The notes below the pieces were generated by a model, which saw only the letters and a program-made list of their open reading frames with translations, searched no databases and was not told the origin of the DNA. A stretch of DNA of 64,000 nt from Octopus vulgaris (lineage: Eukaryota), in NCBI GenBank assembly GCA_951406725.2, contig OX597816.1, positions 68,758,001 to 68,822,000 of the forward strand. The letters run 5' to 3'. Positions 40,571 to 54,921 of this stretch are shown in pieces. The position numbers and the translations under genes are program-made. Positions within the stretch are counted from its first letter, which is position 1. Each line of letters begins with the position of its first letter.

Positions 40571-41617
40571 CCATTTGCTGCCAACACCCGTTAAAAGGAG
40601 GGCTGGGCATGCCGTGATTGATGATGCGCATACACCCGCTGAGACTGCGACATCTCCGGCTCTATGTAGACGACGGTGAACAGGTGTGGTCGCCATTTGT
40701 GAGACACGCTTTCCCGCAGCTCGTCTCCATGACAGAACTGCAGTCGTGGATCAAAAAGAGGCCGAGAAAGGGCGAATGGCACCGCGTGTGTCGCGTTGCT
40801 CTCAAGCAACTATGCCGTCCCGGGTCGACCTTGAGTGACTTCAACACAACCCAAGCATTCTATAGGGATTTGTGGAGGGGAGGTACGATGACGATCTTGT
40901 GGCGAACCCGGGCGTCGACGAGGAATACCTGAACCACCTGTTTGAGACGACTTTCGGGCCGGGACTTATGGACAACTTCTAGAGAAGTTGCTACCGAGAA
41001 GCGCTACCCGTTCGGGATAAGCTCTATAGGCATGGCTCGAGAAACACGGGCCGATCTGCCCGAGATGCGGGGGAGCGACGAAACCGTTCTGCACGCAATC
41101 GTGCAGTGTCCTACAATCTCCGACTTGTGTGCTTATGTCGAACGGCTGCTGTCACTTGAAGGGGAAAGTGAGAGCAGAGAGGCAAGTTTTGTCTAGTGAA
41201 TGTTTTAAAAAAAGATGGGTGAATGTAGCAAGGATGGCACGTATGAATGACGAAGCCACCTTGAGTATGATCTTATGAACGGTAAAAATTTAATACAGAG
41301 TGTTACTTATTTGTTAAAAAAATGTAACATGTGACTTCATTGACCGAGGTTACCGTGGTCTTTTCCGTATGTTTTTCTTTCCACGGGTAAACCTCACCTC
41401 TCTTCCCCTTTACACTTTATATTGACATTTCTGTGATAACGATCCCTATTGATCGATTTTTTCTTTTTCCTTTTATTTTTATTCCCACCCCCTTTTTTTT
41501 TGCTTTTGCTTTCCTCTTTCTTTCTTTTTACGATCCCTTTTGATCGAAAACCAAAAGAAAAGCTCTACCTTATAATTTGTCCCGTCTGTGTGCAGCCCTG
41601 TGTGGCTAATAAAGAAA
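40571..41617 (+). mobile_element. Tx1/L1-like LINE 3' fragment, copy B (internally deleted)
   Basis: CCQHPLKGGLGMP...LRLRHLRLYVDDGEQVW...DETVLHAIVQCP. Ends ccctgtgtggctaataaagaaa, followed by cat(ATCT)n. Confidence 0.92.
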
Positions 41618-41619
41618 CA

Positions 41620-42052
<433 letters not shown>

Positions 42053-43710
42053 GGTGACAGGAGCAAAAATCTACCGGGAAAAGTCAGTGGGCTTGCGGCT
42101 CGGCACCTGGAGAAGCAAGCCCATGCCGTCCACCAGTACCTCCGTCGTGGGACGCTGGACAGACGGCCCGGTTGAGTTGCTCGGTGTCTGGTTCGGTCCG
42201 GACCTCCAAATGGAGAAGAACTGGAACGAGATAACGAGTAGGGTCACTCTCGCCCAGCAATGGGCCGATCCATTGAACGCGTACATCGCGTCCATCATCT
42301 ACTACCGCCTGACCGTCGTAACCCTACCATCACCAAACTAGAACGCATCCTCTTCCGCTTCTTGTGGAAAGGATGCGTCCCGGGCATCCATTTGCTGTCA
42401 ACACCCGTTAAAAGGAGGGCTGGACATGCCGTGGTTGATGATGCGCAGATACGCGCTGAGACTGCGACATCTCCGGCTCTATGTAGACGACGGTGAACAG
42501 GTGTGGTCGCCGTTTGTGAGGCACGCATTCCCGCAACTCGTCTCCATGACCGAACTACAGTCGTGGATCAAACAGAGGCCGAGGAAGGGCGAATGGCACC
42601 GCGAGTGTCGCGTTGCTCTCAAGCAACTCTGCCGTCCCGGGTCGACCTTGAAGTGACTTCAACACAACCAAAGCATTCTATAGGGGATTAGTGGAGGGGA
42701 GGTACGACGACGAGCTCGGGGCAAACCTGGGCGTCGACGAGGAATACCTGACCCGCCTGTTTCAGGACGACTTTCGGCCAGGGACCTATGGACAACTTCC
42801 AGAGATCCCTGGCCTGGCAGTGCTACCGAGAAGCGCTACCCGTTCGGGATAAGCTCTATAGGCATGGCTCGAGAAACACGGGGCCGACCTGCCCGAGATG
42901 CGGGCAGAGCGACGAAACCGCTCTGCACGCAATCGTGCAGTGTCCAACAATTTCCCACCTGTGGGCTTATGTCGAACGACTGCTGTCACGTGTGGGACGT
43001 GTCGGTTTATCAGCCGAGTCTATCGTTAATATCGTCACGCCTCCTTCCTTCAAACGGGAAGGAAGAGCTATTTTTATCATACCTTGTGGCTATGGCGAAA
43101 GAATGTATCTGGTGGACGCGTCTGAAAGGATTAGAGACAAACACTTTCCTCTGGTCAATCTCTCATCAACTTCTTCAAGTATCACTTGAAAAGGAAAGTG
43201 AGAGTAGAGAGGCAAGTTTTGTCTAGCGAATGTTTTAAAAAAAGATGGGTGAATGTAGCAAGGATGGCACGTATGAATGACGAAGCCACCTTGAGCATGA
43301 TTCCTATGAACCGTAAAAATCGAATACAGAGAGTTGCTTATTTGCAAAAAAAAAAAAAAAAAGAAATATAACATGTGACTTCATTGACCGAGGTTACCGT
43401 GGTCTTTTCCGTAGGCTTTTCTTTCCACGGGTAAACCTCACCTGTCCTCCCCTTTACACTTCATATTGACATTTCTGTGATAACGATCCCTATTGATCAA
43501 TTTTTTTTTTCCTCAACCCCTTTTTTTAACCCCCTTTTTTTGTCCTCTTTCTCTCCTTTTACGATCCCTTTTGATCGACCCCCCCTTTTTTATTTTATTT
43601 TATTTTTTAATTTTTTATTTATTTATTTATTTTTTTTAAACCTTCAAAAGAAAAGCTCTACCTTGTAATTTGTTCTATCTGTGTGCAGCCCTGTGTGGCT
43701 AATAAAGAAA
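42053..43710 (+). mobile_element. Tx1/L1-like LINE 3' fragment, copy C (RT thumb, zf-RVT, 3' UTR)
   Basis: TGAKI.REKS.GL.LG.W...LLGVWFG...NW...RILFRFLWKG...GGLDMP...ALPVRDKL...CPRCGQSDETALHAIVQCP (L1/Tx1 CCHC). Ends gctaataaagaaa-cat(ATCT)n. Confidence 0.93.
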
Positions 43711-44221
43711 CATATCTATCTATCTATCCATCTATCAACGCACCCAGCATCCATTCATCTCTCTCAAGAAATTAGAGCACGAATATTTCTCACTTTCCAT
43801 ATCGCTTACACTCTGCCTATTCCCATTTCCTTCTGCGTTGTTCACCTCCATTGTTTCAATGCCGCCATCTTTCATTTCTTACCTAATATATCTTCCATGG
43901 CGTTTCTTACAATTGTTCGCTGAACAAACATGAATGTTTGTTCCATTTTTCAAACAATCTATTTCCTGATCCACTACATAAAAACGCATAGCTTTACCTA
44001 TATAATATATCTCCTTCTTATCTTTTCTCTCCTTTATTCCAGTTACTTATTTCCGTTAATTTTCCTTTAATTTCTTGAACGCTACTATTCATCTGCTCGT
44101 TCCCAGTTTTACACTCAATCACGATTTTATTCACTCAGTATGCCTCTCTCTCCCTTTCTGTGTCAAATTATTCTCTTTATTTCCATTTGCTACGTTTATA
44201 TTCTTTTTGTTTTACTAATTT

Positions 44222-44430
44222 TTCTACTTGTTTCAGTCATTTCACTGCGACCATGCTGGAGACTGCCTTAAAGAGTTTTAGTCGAAGAAAACAACCTCCA
44301 GCACTTTTGTAAATCTAGTACTCATTCTATCGGGCTCTTTTGTCGAACCTCTTGATAACATGGACGTAACACACACCATTATCAGTTACGAAGTGATGAT
44401 GGTGGCCATGGGGAAGAAACACAGAAACAA
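44222..44430 (-). mobile_element. Partial SINE family B
   Basis: ttgtttcagtcatttcactgcgaccatgctggag...ctagtactcattctatcgggctcttttg. Confidence 0.75.
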
Positions 44431-44526
44431 ACACACATGCACATAAATATATACATACATATATACATATATTTATATCCATTTATGCACACACACACAA
44501 ACATACACACACGCAAGCATCATCAC

Positions 44527-44577
<51 letters not shown>

Positions 44578-44580
<3 letters not shown>

Positions 44581-45793
44581 GGGGTTGGACAAAATAATGG
44601 AAACAACTTAAAATTTCAAACAAATTTATTTTAATATGGGGTAGGACCGCCTTTGGCTGTAATTAGAGCTTGAATTCAAACTCGTACAAAGTTTGAATTG
44701 TTTCCAAAGGAATCTTTATCCATTCTTCATGTACAACAGTCTCCAGGTTTTGTAGTGATGATGGTAGAGGATATCAACTCCTTATTTGTTTTTCTAAAAT
44801 GCACCATAAATGTTCAATAATACTGAGATCCTGCGACTGTCGTAATCAGATAAGATGTTCAACTTCACTAGAATGTTTCTCGTGCCATACAGTAAACAAA
44901 TTTAGCTGTGTGAATTGATGCATTATCATCCTGAAAGATTGCGTTTCCCACCGGAAACAGTTCTCCAATCATAGGATGAATTTGATCAGATAAAATGCTT
45001 AAACAGTCTTGACTATAAATTCTGCCACGAAGGGAATACATTTGGCCGGCTGATTTCCAAGATATAGCTCCCCCAACAGATCATCACAAATCCTCCTCCA
45101 TGTTTAACAGTTCGATTTTTTTTTTTTTTGTAAAGAATGACTCGTACCGAGAAAATAACATTCTACCATTGCTCCAGGAACCAATTCTGTAGGTTTCTAC
45201 TCCATTCTAAACATTTTACAACGTTTGATTTTGAAAGCAGTGGTTTTCTGATTGCAAATTTCCAGTGAAATCCGGCTTAGTGCAGCTCCCGACGAACAAC
45301 TTTTGTGGAAGCTGGGTCCTCGAGATACTCATTAACATATGCAGTAATTTTGAGAGCTGTACGCTTGTGACACTTTCTAATAATTCGCGTCAGAGTCCGA
45401 GGGTCCCTATCTAAAAGTTTGGGATTTCTTTCGGAGTTGTGTTTCCACGAGGAGGTTTTTCCCACTTACTCAAAGGATGACTTTACTTACAAGACAGAAC
45501 TTCTTGATACGTCAAACATTTTGACTGTTTTCGTTGCGCTAGCGCCTGCCATGCGAGCGCCAACAATTTGACCTCTTTGAAATTCCGATAGATCTGTCGT
45601 TTTAATGAATCTTAATTAGATTTTTCCTGATGATATCTGAAAAGAAAAATCAATTTTAGCAAAAAATATTCAGCAACGCTAATAATCAATTAAAAAAACA
45701 AACAGAAATAAACAATCTTTTGACGGTTTTATAGATATTTCAAAAGTATGATGCTATTATACTAGGTGTTTCCATTGCTTTATCCAGCATCTA
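44578..45793 (-). mobile_element. Full-length decayed Tc1-like DNA transposon
   Basis: TIRs catggggttggacaaaataatggaaaca (after TA) and tgtttccattgctttatccagcatc. Transposase spans 45600 to 44631: (M)TDLSEFQRGQIVGARMAG..., FQDDNASIHTAK, SQDLSIIEHLW, AKGGPTPY*. Confidence 0.92.
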
Positions 45794-45812
45794 CCTATCT
45801 TTCTCTCCCTCC

Positions 45813-45877
<65 letters not shown>

Positions 45878-45974
45878 TAAAATAATACGGGTGAAAAAAT
45901 TGAATATTAATTAGATTAATATCAATTTAAAAGCAGTAGTCTACCATAGTAAAATCTGCAGATTCAGAAAAATT

Positions 45975-46004
45975 ATATTACATACATATATACTTATATG
46001 TATG

Positions 46005-46079
<75 letters not shown>

Positions 46080-46240
46080 CATGTATATATATATACATAT
46101 GTATATATAATATGTATATATATATATATATATATCCGATGCATATATATATATATACATCTATATATATATACATATGTATATATATATATATGTATAC
46201 ATATATATATATATATATGTATATATGAATATGTATATAT

Positions 46241-46271
<31 letters not shown>

Positions 46272-46400
46272 AATATGTATATATATATATATATATATGT
46301 ATATATGAATATGTATATATATACATATATATATATATATATGTGTGTGTGTATGTATGTGTGTACACATATACATGCATATGTATATACATATATATAT

Positions 46401-46455
<55 letters not shown>

Positions 46456-46811
46456 CATATACATATGTATACATATATATATACATATATTTAGTATATA
46501 TGGTGCCAGGAAGTGGGACTGAACCCAAACCCATGTGGATGGGATGCATGTTTCTTAACACAGCCACGATTTTATGCACACAATATATAACTGTCCATTT
46601 CTACGTCACATTTTTCTGTATATTTTTGTTTACTAGGTTTATATATTCATTTTTTATGTTATTGTCTTATGCAACATATAACAATTTTATAAATAATCAC
46701 TACATATATAAATTATTTTCATTTATGCAAACACGTGCTTGTGTGTGTATATATATATTGCATATGCACACATATAATTATATTCATACATAAAGATACA
46801 CACACGCACAC

Positions 46812-46861
<50 letters not shown>

Positions 46862-47187
46862 AAGGGATGAAAAGTGAGGTGGGAGCGTAGAAGTTTATTC
46901 CATTCGTTTACAGCTGTTTCATAATCTTATTAATTCTTATTAGTTACATAATAAATATTACATCAACTTCCAGAGATATGAAAATACACATTTGAATATG
47001 TATGCATGTGTATACCAATATATATGTGTGCTGAGAAGTAGATCAAACAGACTAAACGTCGAAACAATTATGCTTATATATATGTATGTATGTGTGTATT
47101 AATCTATCTATATTTGTACGTTCGTACGTATTTGTATGTACGATCTTGGATGTTTTATATGTATATTTATATATGCACATATGTATA

Positions 47188-47223
<36 letters not shown>

Positions 47224-47231
47224 TATGTATA

Positions 47232-47291
<60 letters not shown>

Positions 47292-47584
47292 TATGCACAT
47301 ATGTATATAACTATATATATGTATATATTTAAATATATATATATACATAACTCTACACGTATTTACATGTATATAAATATATATATATATATCCGAGAGA
47401 GAGAGAGAGAGAGCATTTGCATATGTAGATATACATAAATACATACAGACACACACGTAATACACATGTATTAAATGCATGTCTATATATACAAATACAC
47501 ACATAAAATCTTGCGCAGACGCACACACACATACATGAATATATATATATATATGTGTATGCATGTATATATATATGTGTATGC

Positions 47585-47650
<66 letters not shown>

Positions 47651-47653
47651 TTA

Positions 47654-47742
<89 letters not shown>

Positions 47743-48021
47743 TAAATATATGTGTGTTATGTATTATGAATAGCCTGGGCGGTATATGGACGGAACATAA
47801 GTCTGTTCACATACAAATAATTTGCTCAATTAGCTTAGGTTCTGTAATATAGAATAAAGTAATTTGCCTGTAATCACAACAAAATAATTGAATCACATTC
47901 GCACATGGAATATTATGTAAGGAAATTCAATAACTTATCCAGTCAGGAATCTAGCCGCAACAATTTCCAACTACAACTGCACTCACGCTACATCACTCCA
48001 CCATTTCCTTTAAAGCCGCGA

Positions 48022-48078
<57 letters not shown>

Positions 48079-48100
48079 TACATATATACATATATATATG

Positions 48101-48149
<49 letters not shown>

Positions 48150-48468
48150 ATAATACATCTGTTGTTTACGCACCCATCTTTGTCATTTGTATTGTTTGTA
48201 AATTTTCACTATATATGTATATATATATATATAATTTATATATATATATATATATGTGTATATATATATATATATATACATATGTATATATATTTAAATA
48301 TATATATGTATATATATATATATATATATATTTACATATGTATATATATTTAAATATATATATATATGTATATGTATATATATATAATTATATATATACA
48401 TATATATTCATATATATATATATACGTATATATATGTATGTATATATATATATGTCTGTATATGTATA

Positions 48469-48522
<54 letters not shown>
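45975..48522. repeat. Extended (TA)n-dominated low-complexity block with short unique islands
   Basis: Direct reading. Confidence 0.9.
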
Positions 48523-48525
<3 letters not shown>

Positions 48526-48932
48526 AGTGGCTGTGTGGTAAGTAGCTGGCTATCCAGCCACATGGTTCCGGGTTCAGTCCCACTGCGTGGCACTTTGGGC
48601 AAGTGTTTTCTGCTATAGCCCCTAGCCGACCAATGCCTTGTGAGTGGATTTGGTAGACGGAATCTGAAAGAAGCCTGTCGTATATATGTATATGTATTCA
48701 TATATATATGTGTGTGTATATGTTTGTGTGTCTGTGTTTGTCCCCCTAGCATTGCTTGACAACTAATGCTGGTGTGTATACGTCCCCGTCAATTAGCGGT
48801 TCGGCAGAAGAGACCGATAGAATAAGTACTGGGCTTACAAAGAATAAGTCCCGGGGTCGATTTTCTCGACTAAAGGTGGTGCTCCAGCATGGGCGCAGTC
48901 AAATGACTGAAACAAGTCAAAGAGAAAAAGAG
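48523..48932 (+). mobile_element. SINE family B, full length
   Basis: ggagtggctgtgtggtaagtagc...gggttcagtcccactgcgtggcac...ggtggtgctccagcatgggcgcagtcaaatgactgaaacaag. Confidence 0.93.
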
Positions 48933-48970
48933 TATATGTATACATATATATATATACATATATATACATA

Positions 48971-51272
48971 TAAATCCTTAAATCCTTAAAAAAAATGTTT
49001 TAGCCCGAAGGCCGCGGCCATGCTGGGGCACCACCGCTGAATGAGCTACACTAATATGTGAATCCACCTCTGATACGTGGCACTTGATCAACAAGGGAGT
49101 TCGATGCTGCTACCCGCATCTGCGTCTCCTGTCGTGAGGTAGGTGCATCTGGGACTCCCGACAAGAAGAGATCCAGTTTAATTTTAAAGAAACCCACATC
49201 CACACCATGTAAGTCTCTTAGACATTTAGGGAGGATGTTAAAGAGCTGTGGTCCTCTGAAACCCAAGCTGTTGCAGTATCTGGTCCTGTATTTTGATGGT
49301 AATGTTGGAATCTTTGGCACCATGCAGTGGCGCCCCGTTCTGCGGTTGGGGTAACTTTGAATGCCAAAGTTTGGGACAAGACCCTCCAGTATTTTCCAGA
49401 TGGATATCACCGCATATCTCTCCCGCCCCCGCTCTAGGGAGAAGAGGTTTAATACTTTCAGTCTTTCCCAGTAGCTGATATTTTGCATTGAGACGATTTT
49501 CTTTGTGTAGCTTCTCTGAATTGCTTCGAGTTCTGCTGTTAGTTTTATATTGTGTGGTGACCATAGTTGGGAGCAGTAGTCCAAGCGGCTGAGGACGAAT
49601 GTTTTCCAGAGGACCATCAGTGTCTCCTTCTCTCTTGTTCTGAAAGTTCGGAGAATCAATCCAGCTAGCCGTCTGCATTTTATCACTAGATTAGTAATAT
49701 GCACTTGGAAAGATGCATCATTGCTCATGTCAATGCCTAGGTCACGCACTGATTTTGCAATTCTTCTTGGGCCAGTGTATCCAGTCTGCGCGTCGTTTAC
49801 CTTTGTTTGCCGGTAGCGCAGGGCCTGGAACTTACTTGCATTAAACTGCATGTTGTTGTCCTCCGCCCACCTGTATATTTTATCCCACTCCTGTTGCAGA
49901 TGCGCAACATTTTCAGGGTTTTGTATTGTGTGGGAGACTTTTGTGTCATCTGCATAGCTGGCAAGGGTGGCCATCGTAGCAACTGAAGGCATGTCTGAAA
50001 GGGCCACTATGAACAGCAGTGGCCCCAAGACAGTACCCTGTGGAACACCGCTTGTTATTTGTGTTTCCTTGGAGGTGGCTCCATTGCACACAACTGCCTG
50101 TCTTTTAGGAAGTTGTGTAGCCACTCTCCAAGTTTTCCGCTTATGCCGAGACCACGCAGTTTGTGGCAGATCATACCATGGTCGACTTTATCAAAGGCTT
50201 TTGCAAAATCGAGATATATTACATCCATATTTGAGTCATTTAGTAGCTGTTTTAACACCCAGTCATAGTTTTGCAGGAGCTGTGTTAGGCAGCTTCTACC
50301 TGGTCGGAATCCATGCTGGGTGTCAGACAGGAAGTCATTTTCTTCAAGGAACATGATTAGTTTCTTGCGGACTATTCGTTCCATGACATTGCTGATGTGT
50401 GAGGTCAGAGAGATAGGCCTATAATTTTTAGCATCTGCTCTGCTACCTCCCTTATGGATAGGGCATATTACCCCCTCTTTCAATTTGACTGGGAGCTTAC
50501 CACTTGCAAGAAAGCTCTGAAACAGAAGCCGTAGCGGTTTTGCAAGGGCTCGTTTGCACGATTTGAGAAGGATCGCTGGAAATCCATCAGGTCCAGCAGC
50601 TGAGTTCGTGTCAATCTCATCTATGGCTCGTGTGATATCATCATCTTCGATGTTGATGTACTCAATTTTTGCCTCTTTGGCCGTAGGTAAAGTGGCAAAG
50701 AATTTTTCTGGGTGGTTTACTTGCCTGTGTCCCAGAGGTGTAGTGAACACGCTTTGGAATTGTTCGTTCAGTATTTCACTTATCCTCGTGGGATTTCCTG
50801 TGAGAGAGCCATCTTTTTGGAAGAGAGGTCCTATTCTCTGGTGCACTATGGCTGCCTCTTTGGCAAACTTAAAGAAAGCTTTAGGGTTTGATTTTATATT
50901 TTATATTACCCAAACTTCTTTATCTGCTCTCTCCTTTTCATGGGATTGATGCAGACTTTTCTCAATTTCCATTAGCATTCTCTCGACCCGAGACTTCTCA
51001 CCACTTTTGGTGTGCTTGCTCAGGCGTTTCGCAATCCTTGTCCGTCGTCTCATAAGAATCCTCCTTTCTATAGGGAACCTGTTTTTGTTTTTGTGTGTGC
51101 TGGCCCTGTAAACTGGGACATATTTGTCACATATGGCTTGTATGATGGACTTGAAGTGTTTGTGTTTCATGTTAATGTCCGGTGTGGAGAGACATATTGG
51201 CCAGTCCTGTTTGAGGATCTCTTTCTCAATCAACTTCCAGTTTGCTTTATGAAAGTTTAAGTTGGAGAGATG
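48971..51272 (-). mobile_element. 5'-truncated CR1-group LINE with complete RT domain (pseudogene)
   Basis: NFHKANW...; in-frame TAA at 50901-50903; then KSNPKAFF...AAGPDG...NYRPISLTS...QHGFRPGRSCLTQL...YLDFAKAFDKVDH; frameshift near 50097; then SGVPQGTVLGPLLF..YADD...RLDYCSQLWSP...GGFTY*. Tail (TTTAAGGA)n. Confidence 0.96.
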
Positions 51273-51522
51273 GTGCGGTCGATGCGACGAGCGTGGGCGA
51301 GGGCGTTCAAGACCAGGGTAGGTTGGTATCCTCGATGCCTGAACAGGCGGGCCAGGTATTGAGACTGGGTCTCGAAATCCTGGTCGCAGCTGCACAAGCG
51401 TCGGAGGCGGAGGAACTAGGAGTAGGGGATAGCCCGTTTGGTGTAGAAGGAATGGGAGGAGGAGAAGTTGAGATAGAGGTGGGAATCCGTGGGTTTGAAG
51501 AAGGCGGAGGTGGTGAGAGAGT
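51273..51522 (-). mobile_element. Penelope-like element fragment (RT thumb)
   Basis: [64 protein letters not shown] matches the PLE KPTD...YL...S.HP...K.AIPYSQ.LR.RR.CS...F..RGY motif. Confidence 0.88.
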
Positions 51523-51539
51523 ATATATATATATATATA

Positions 51540-51574
<35 letters not shown>

Positions 51575-51586
51575 ATATATATATAT

Positions 51587-51618
<32 letters not shown>

Positions 51619-51882
51619 CATATATATATACATATATGTATATACATATATATATATATATATATACATATATATACAAACATATATATATATATATATG
51701 TTTGCATTTGATTTTTTAATGTCTCTTCCCCCATACTTTCGTGAGTTGAATTGAGCAAACACTATATGAGAGAGGTTTTCTTTAAGTATTGGAAATAGTT
51801 TTAAAAAAGTTTTTTTTAGCTGCTATTTCTAATGAGTTCAGTATGCGGCAAAGTAATTTATTTTACTACGCCCTTTTATATA

Positions 51883-51962
<80 letters not shown>

Positions 51963-53099
51963 TCCTCAAACTTTCAATCCTCTTTTCAACAATTTCTACT
52001 TGCATTTGTTCTCCGAATCTGGCTGTTTTTTAACCTTCACCTCCAAGTCTCTATTGTGGGTTTAGCTTGATCCTTGAAGAGTGTCATCAGCTGTTGGAGA
52101 CTGAAAAAAAATATCTTTCACTCTGAAGAGTTCTCGGTATACCTCTGTATCCATACATCTACACGGCGGAATAAAATACTGTTTCCGCTTGTTGATTTCC
52201 TGATGTCCTTATTTTCAAATTGTTTAAATACGTTTCACTCTCGTAATTAGAGTGCAGAAGATCAACAGCAATCAAAACAACCAAAAACAGAAAGGAAGCA
52301 GTAAAGAGGAGGGAAAAATATATATCGTACTTGATGCAATGCGTTCGTCTCTTCAATTCTCGTCACTGTTGTTGTATGTAACCCATATCCTCATACTAAT
52401 TAATAAACCCATTCGTTCCTTCTACGAAATTTGATTTTGGAATCTACTTAGTCTGTCTTCCCTGCAAGACACGACTAAGAACGGTCATATGAACCATTAA
52501 CAGCATCAAGTTCACCAGTTTAAGAGAGTCCGTAAAAGTCAAGAGGATTGAGTCTCCCTCCAGACTCTGCAAGCGTTATGCCTAACATTGTCTTCAAATA
52601 TTTGCCCTAACAGCCAATTGCTAAGACACAGAACTAAGAATAATAATCTGATGAGTGACCACTGTAATTTTTGAGTGACAACCAAGTCTAAGCAATAACT
52701 AAAATATTCAGCAAATACCATTGTGAAAGATTGCTTTACTTAAAGAAATAAAAGACTAGAGCTGTCTAAATTGGAAGTGAGTATTTAATATGATCTTTCG
52801 GAAACTGATAACTTTCATTGTTAACATTATTTATTTATCGGAAGTTTAGTGCGTCAAATTGGTAATTTACCTTCACGGAACTTGTATTTGTTGACATTTG
52901 CGCGTACATTTATATTCGAGTTTTTTTTTTTTAAAGTAGTTCCTAGTTAATTGTTCGAAGTGCATGACATAGTAGCAAAGTGACCCTCATATGGCTCCCC
53001 ATCGTCTTGAAATTCGTTACTGTTGGAAATATAGTCCGGTTTATATAATGTTACAATAATGTGTGAAAATGTTTGTCTGGAATGATTTTGAGTAGAATT

Positions 53100-53665
53100 C
53101 TGCTTTAATCAAAACAGAAATTGGTCTAAGTAGTAACAACAACAATATCTGCATGAACCAAAATCACCACCACCACCACCACCACCAACAACAACAACAG
53201 CAACACAACCACCACCACCAACAACAACAACAACAACAACACAACCACCACCAACAACACGAACACTAACATCACCACTACCTTCACCGCCACTGCTCCC
53301 CACCGCCCCCACATCCACCCCTCCACCCCCGCCACTACCACCCACAGTAGCATAATCATCAACAACATCATCATCATCATGAGCAGCAGCAGCAGCAGCA
53401 GCAACAGCAGTAAGAGCATCAACAACAACAAAGCAACAAAGCAACAACAATGCTTTAATCAAAACTAAAAGGGCTCTAAGTTGTAACAACAACAACAACG
53501 AGAAAGAAGAACTGCAATATCTGCATGAACAACCACCACCAACAACAAGATCAACACGAACACCCCCCACAATAACACCAGCATCATCATCAGCAGCAAC
53601 AACAACAGCAACAACAACACCACGAACAACATGAATAACAATAACAGTAATAACAACAACAACCA
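53100..53665. repeat. (CAA/CAC/CAG)n low-complexity tract organised as a diverged ~350-bp dimer
   Basis: The anchor tgctttaatcaaaac...ctctaagt.gtaacaacaac...aatatctgcatgaac occurs at 53101 and 53451. Confidence 0.8.
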
Positions 53666-53669
53666 AAGC

Positions 53670-54330
53670 TAACTTCTCTAAGGTTTTTTTAATTTCCAAG
53701 TGTCCCAGTGTACTAGTTGCTCTGTTTATTGCACGTGGAACGTTGAAGAAAATCAAGGTTAATGACGCCCTTATCACCAATCAAAATAGTGATCATGTCT
53801 TTCTGTGCCGATTGCTGTCTTAAAATTCTTTGAGATGGAGGAGAGGTATTGACGCCCATTACTTGGATTGCACATGTGCTTCTGGATCATAACGTTATAT
53901 CAAAACCTTACTCCCTGTCGGCAGACAGGTGTTGAAACAAAGATATCCATATCTGGCTTCAATCATTTTCAGCCGACCACTGCTGTGTCCCACCGTTCTC
54001 TCCCCCAAATCGGTTGTCAACCCACGACGTATCCAATTTGCACACGTTTCCCGACATCCCATATCTTCCACTGATCTTTTGTGATGTATGTACACAAAGT
54101 CTACTCGTACTACAAGCTCTCAGATTGAAAATCGTCTGATTACGTGAATTAATTCGTTCACTCCTTCGCAATTCATTTCATGGGTCACAGTCGTTTATTT
54201 TCGACTATGTCGTTTCTTTGTAGTTTTGATTTCGTCATTTTTTTTTAACCTTCTTCATCAGTCTGTGCACTTTGATGTAGTCCATAGTGTTATCTCCCAA
54301 ACAAAACAAATTCATTTTGTAGATGCTTGA
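53670..54330 (-). pseudogene. Decayed mariner transposase
   Basis: Minus strand: GCRETCANWIRRGLT (K.CARWVP..LT), PTGSKVLI*RYDPEAHVQSK*W, QQSAQKDMITILIGDKGVINLDFL. Confidence 0.7.
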
Positions 54331-54872
54331 CTGGAATACAACAAACGAAGATGATTTACTATGGAGGAAGTAGTCTAACAACCGTTTCTATTTGAACAGC
54401 AGACGTCTCTTAGTAAAACCTCATGCCTGATTTTGCTTTACAGCCGGCGTAATCATCATGTATTTTAACTTAAAGTAACTCTGAATATATTAGAAACCCT
54501 TGGCTACAGTGTATTTGACCATGGGTCTAGACTCGATAGGGCTCTGCGGAAACCGCGTCTCCGTTATAGATACAACAGCAAGGTTTACAAAGCAGCAAAG
54601 AGCAAAGAGTGGAGAGCTTCAAAACATTATTCCCGTACATATAGTTTTCAACTCATTAATTCTCATCGTAAAAATGTTGTTGCTCTTTCGGCCAAGCACA
54701 CTCACTAACACGTACACATGCACACACATACGCACACACGTACTCACACACGCGCATATTTATATATTTATATATAAATATTCATGGTGTATTACATTAT
54801 ATTATCATGTTATATTATATGGTCACGAATATCAATGTGACAGGATTACAAATAGCGATGTATTTAGTTCAG

Positions 54873-54921
<49 letters not shown>

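Noticed and set aside
50901-51758. 285-aa ORF
   Set aside because: Chance read-through of (TA)n, an off-frame PLE piece and LINE ORF2
53109-53780. 223-aa V/G/A-rich ORF resembling a structural protein
   Set aside because: Antisense of trinucleotide repeats, beginning inside a mariner remnant
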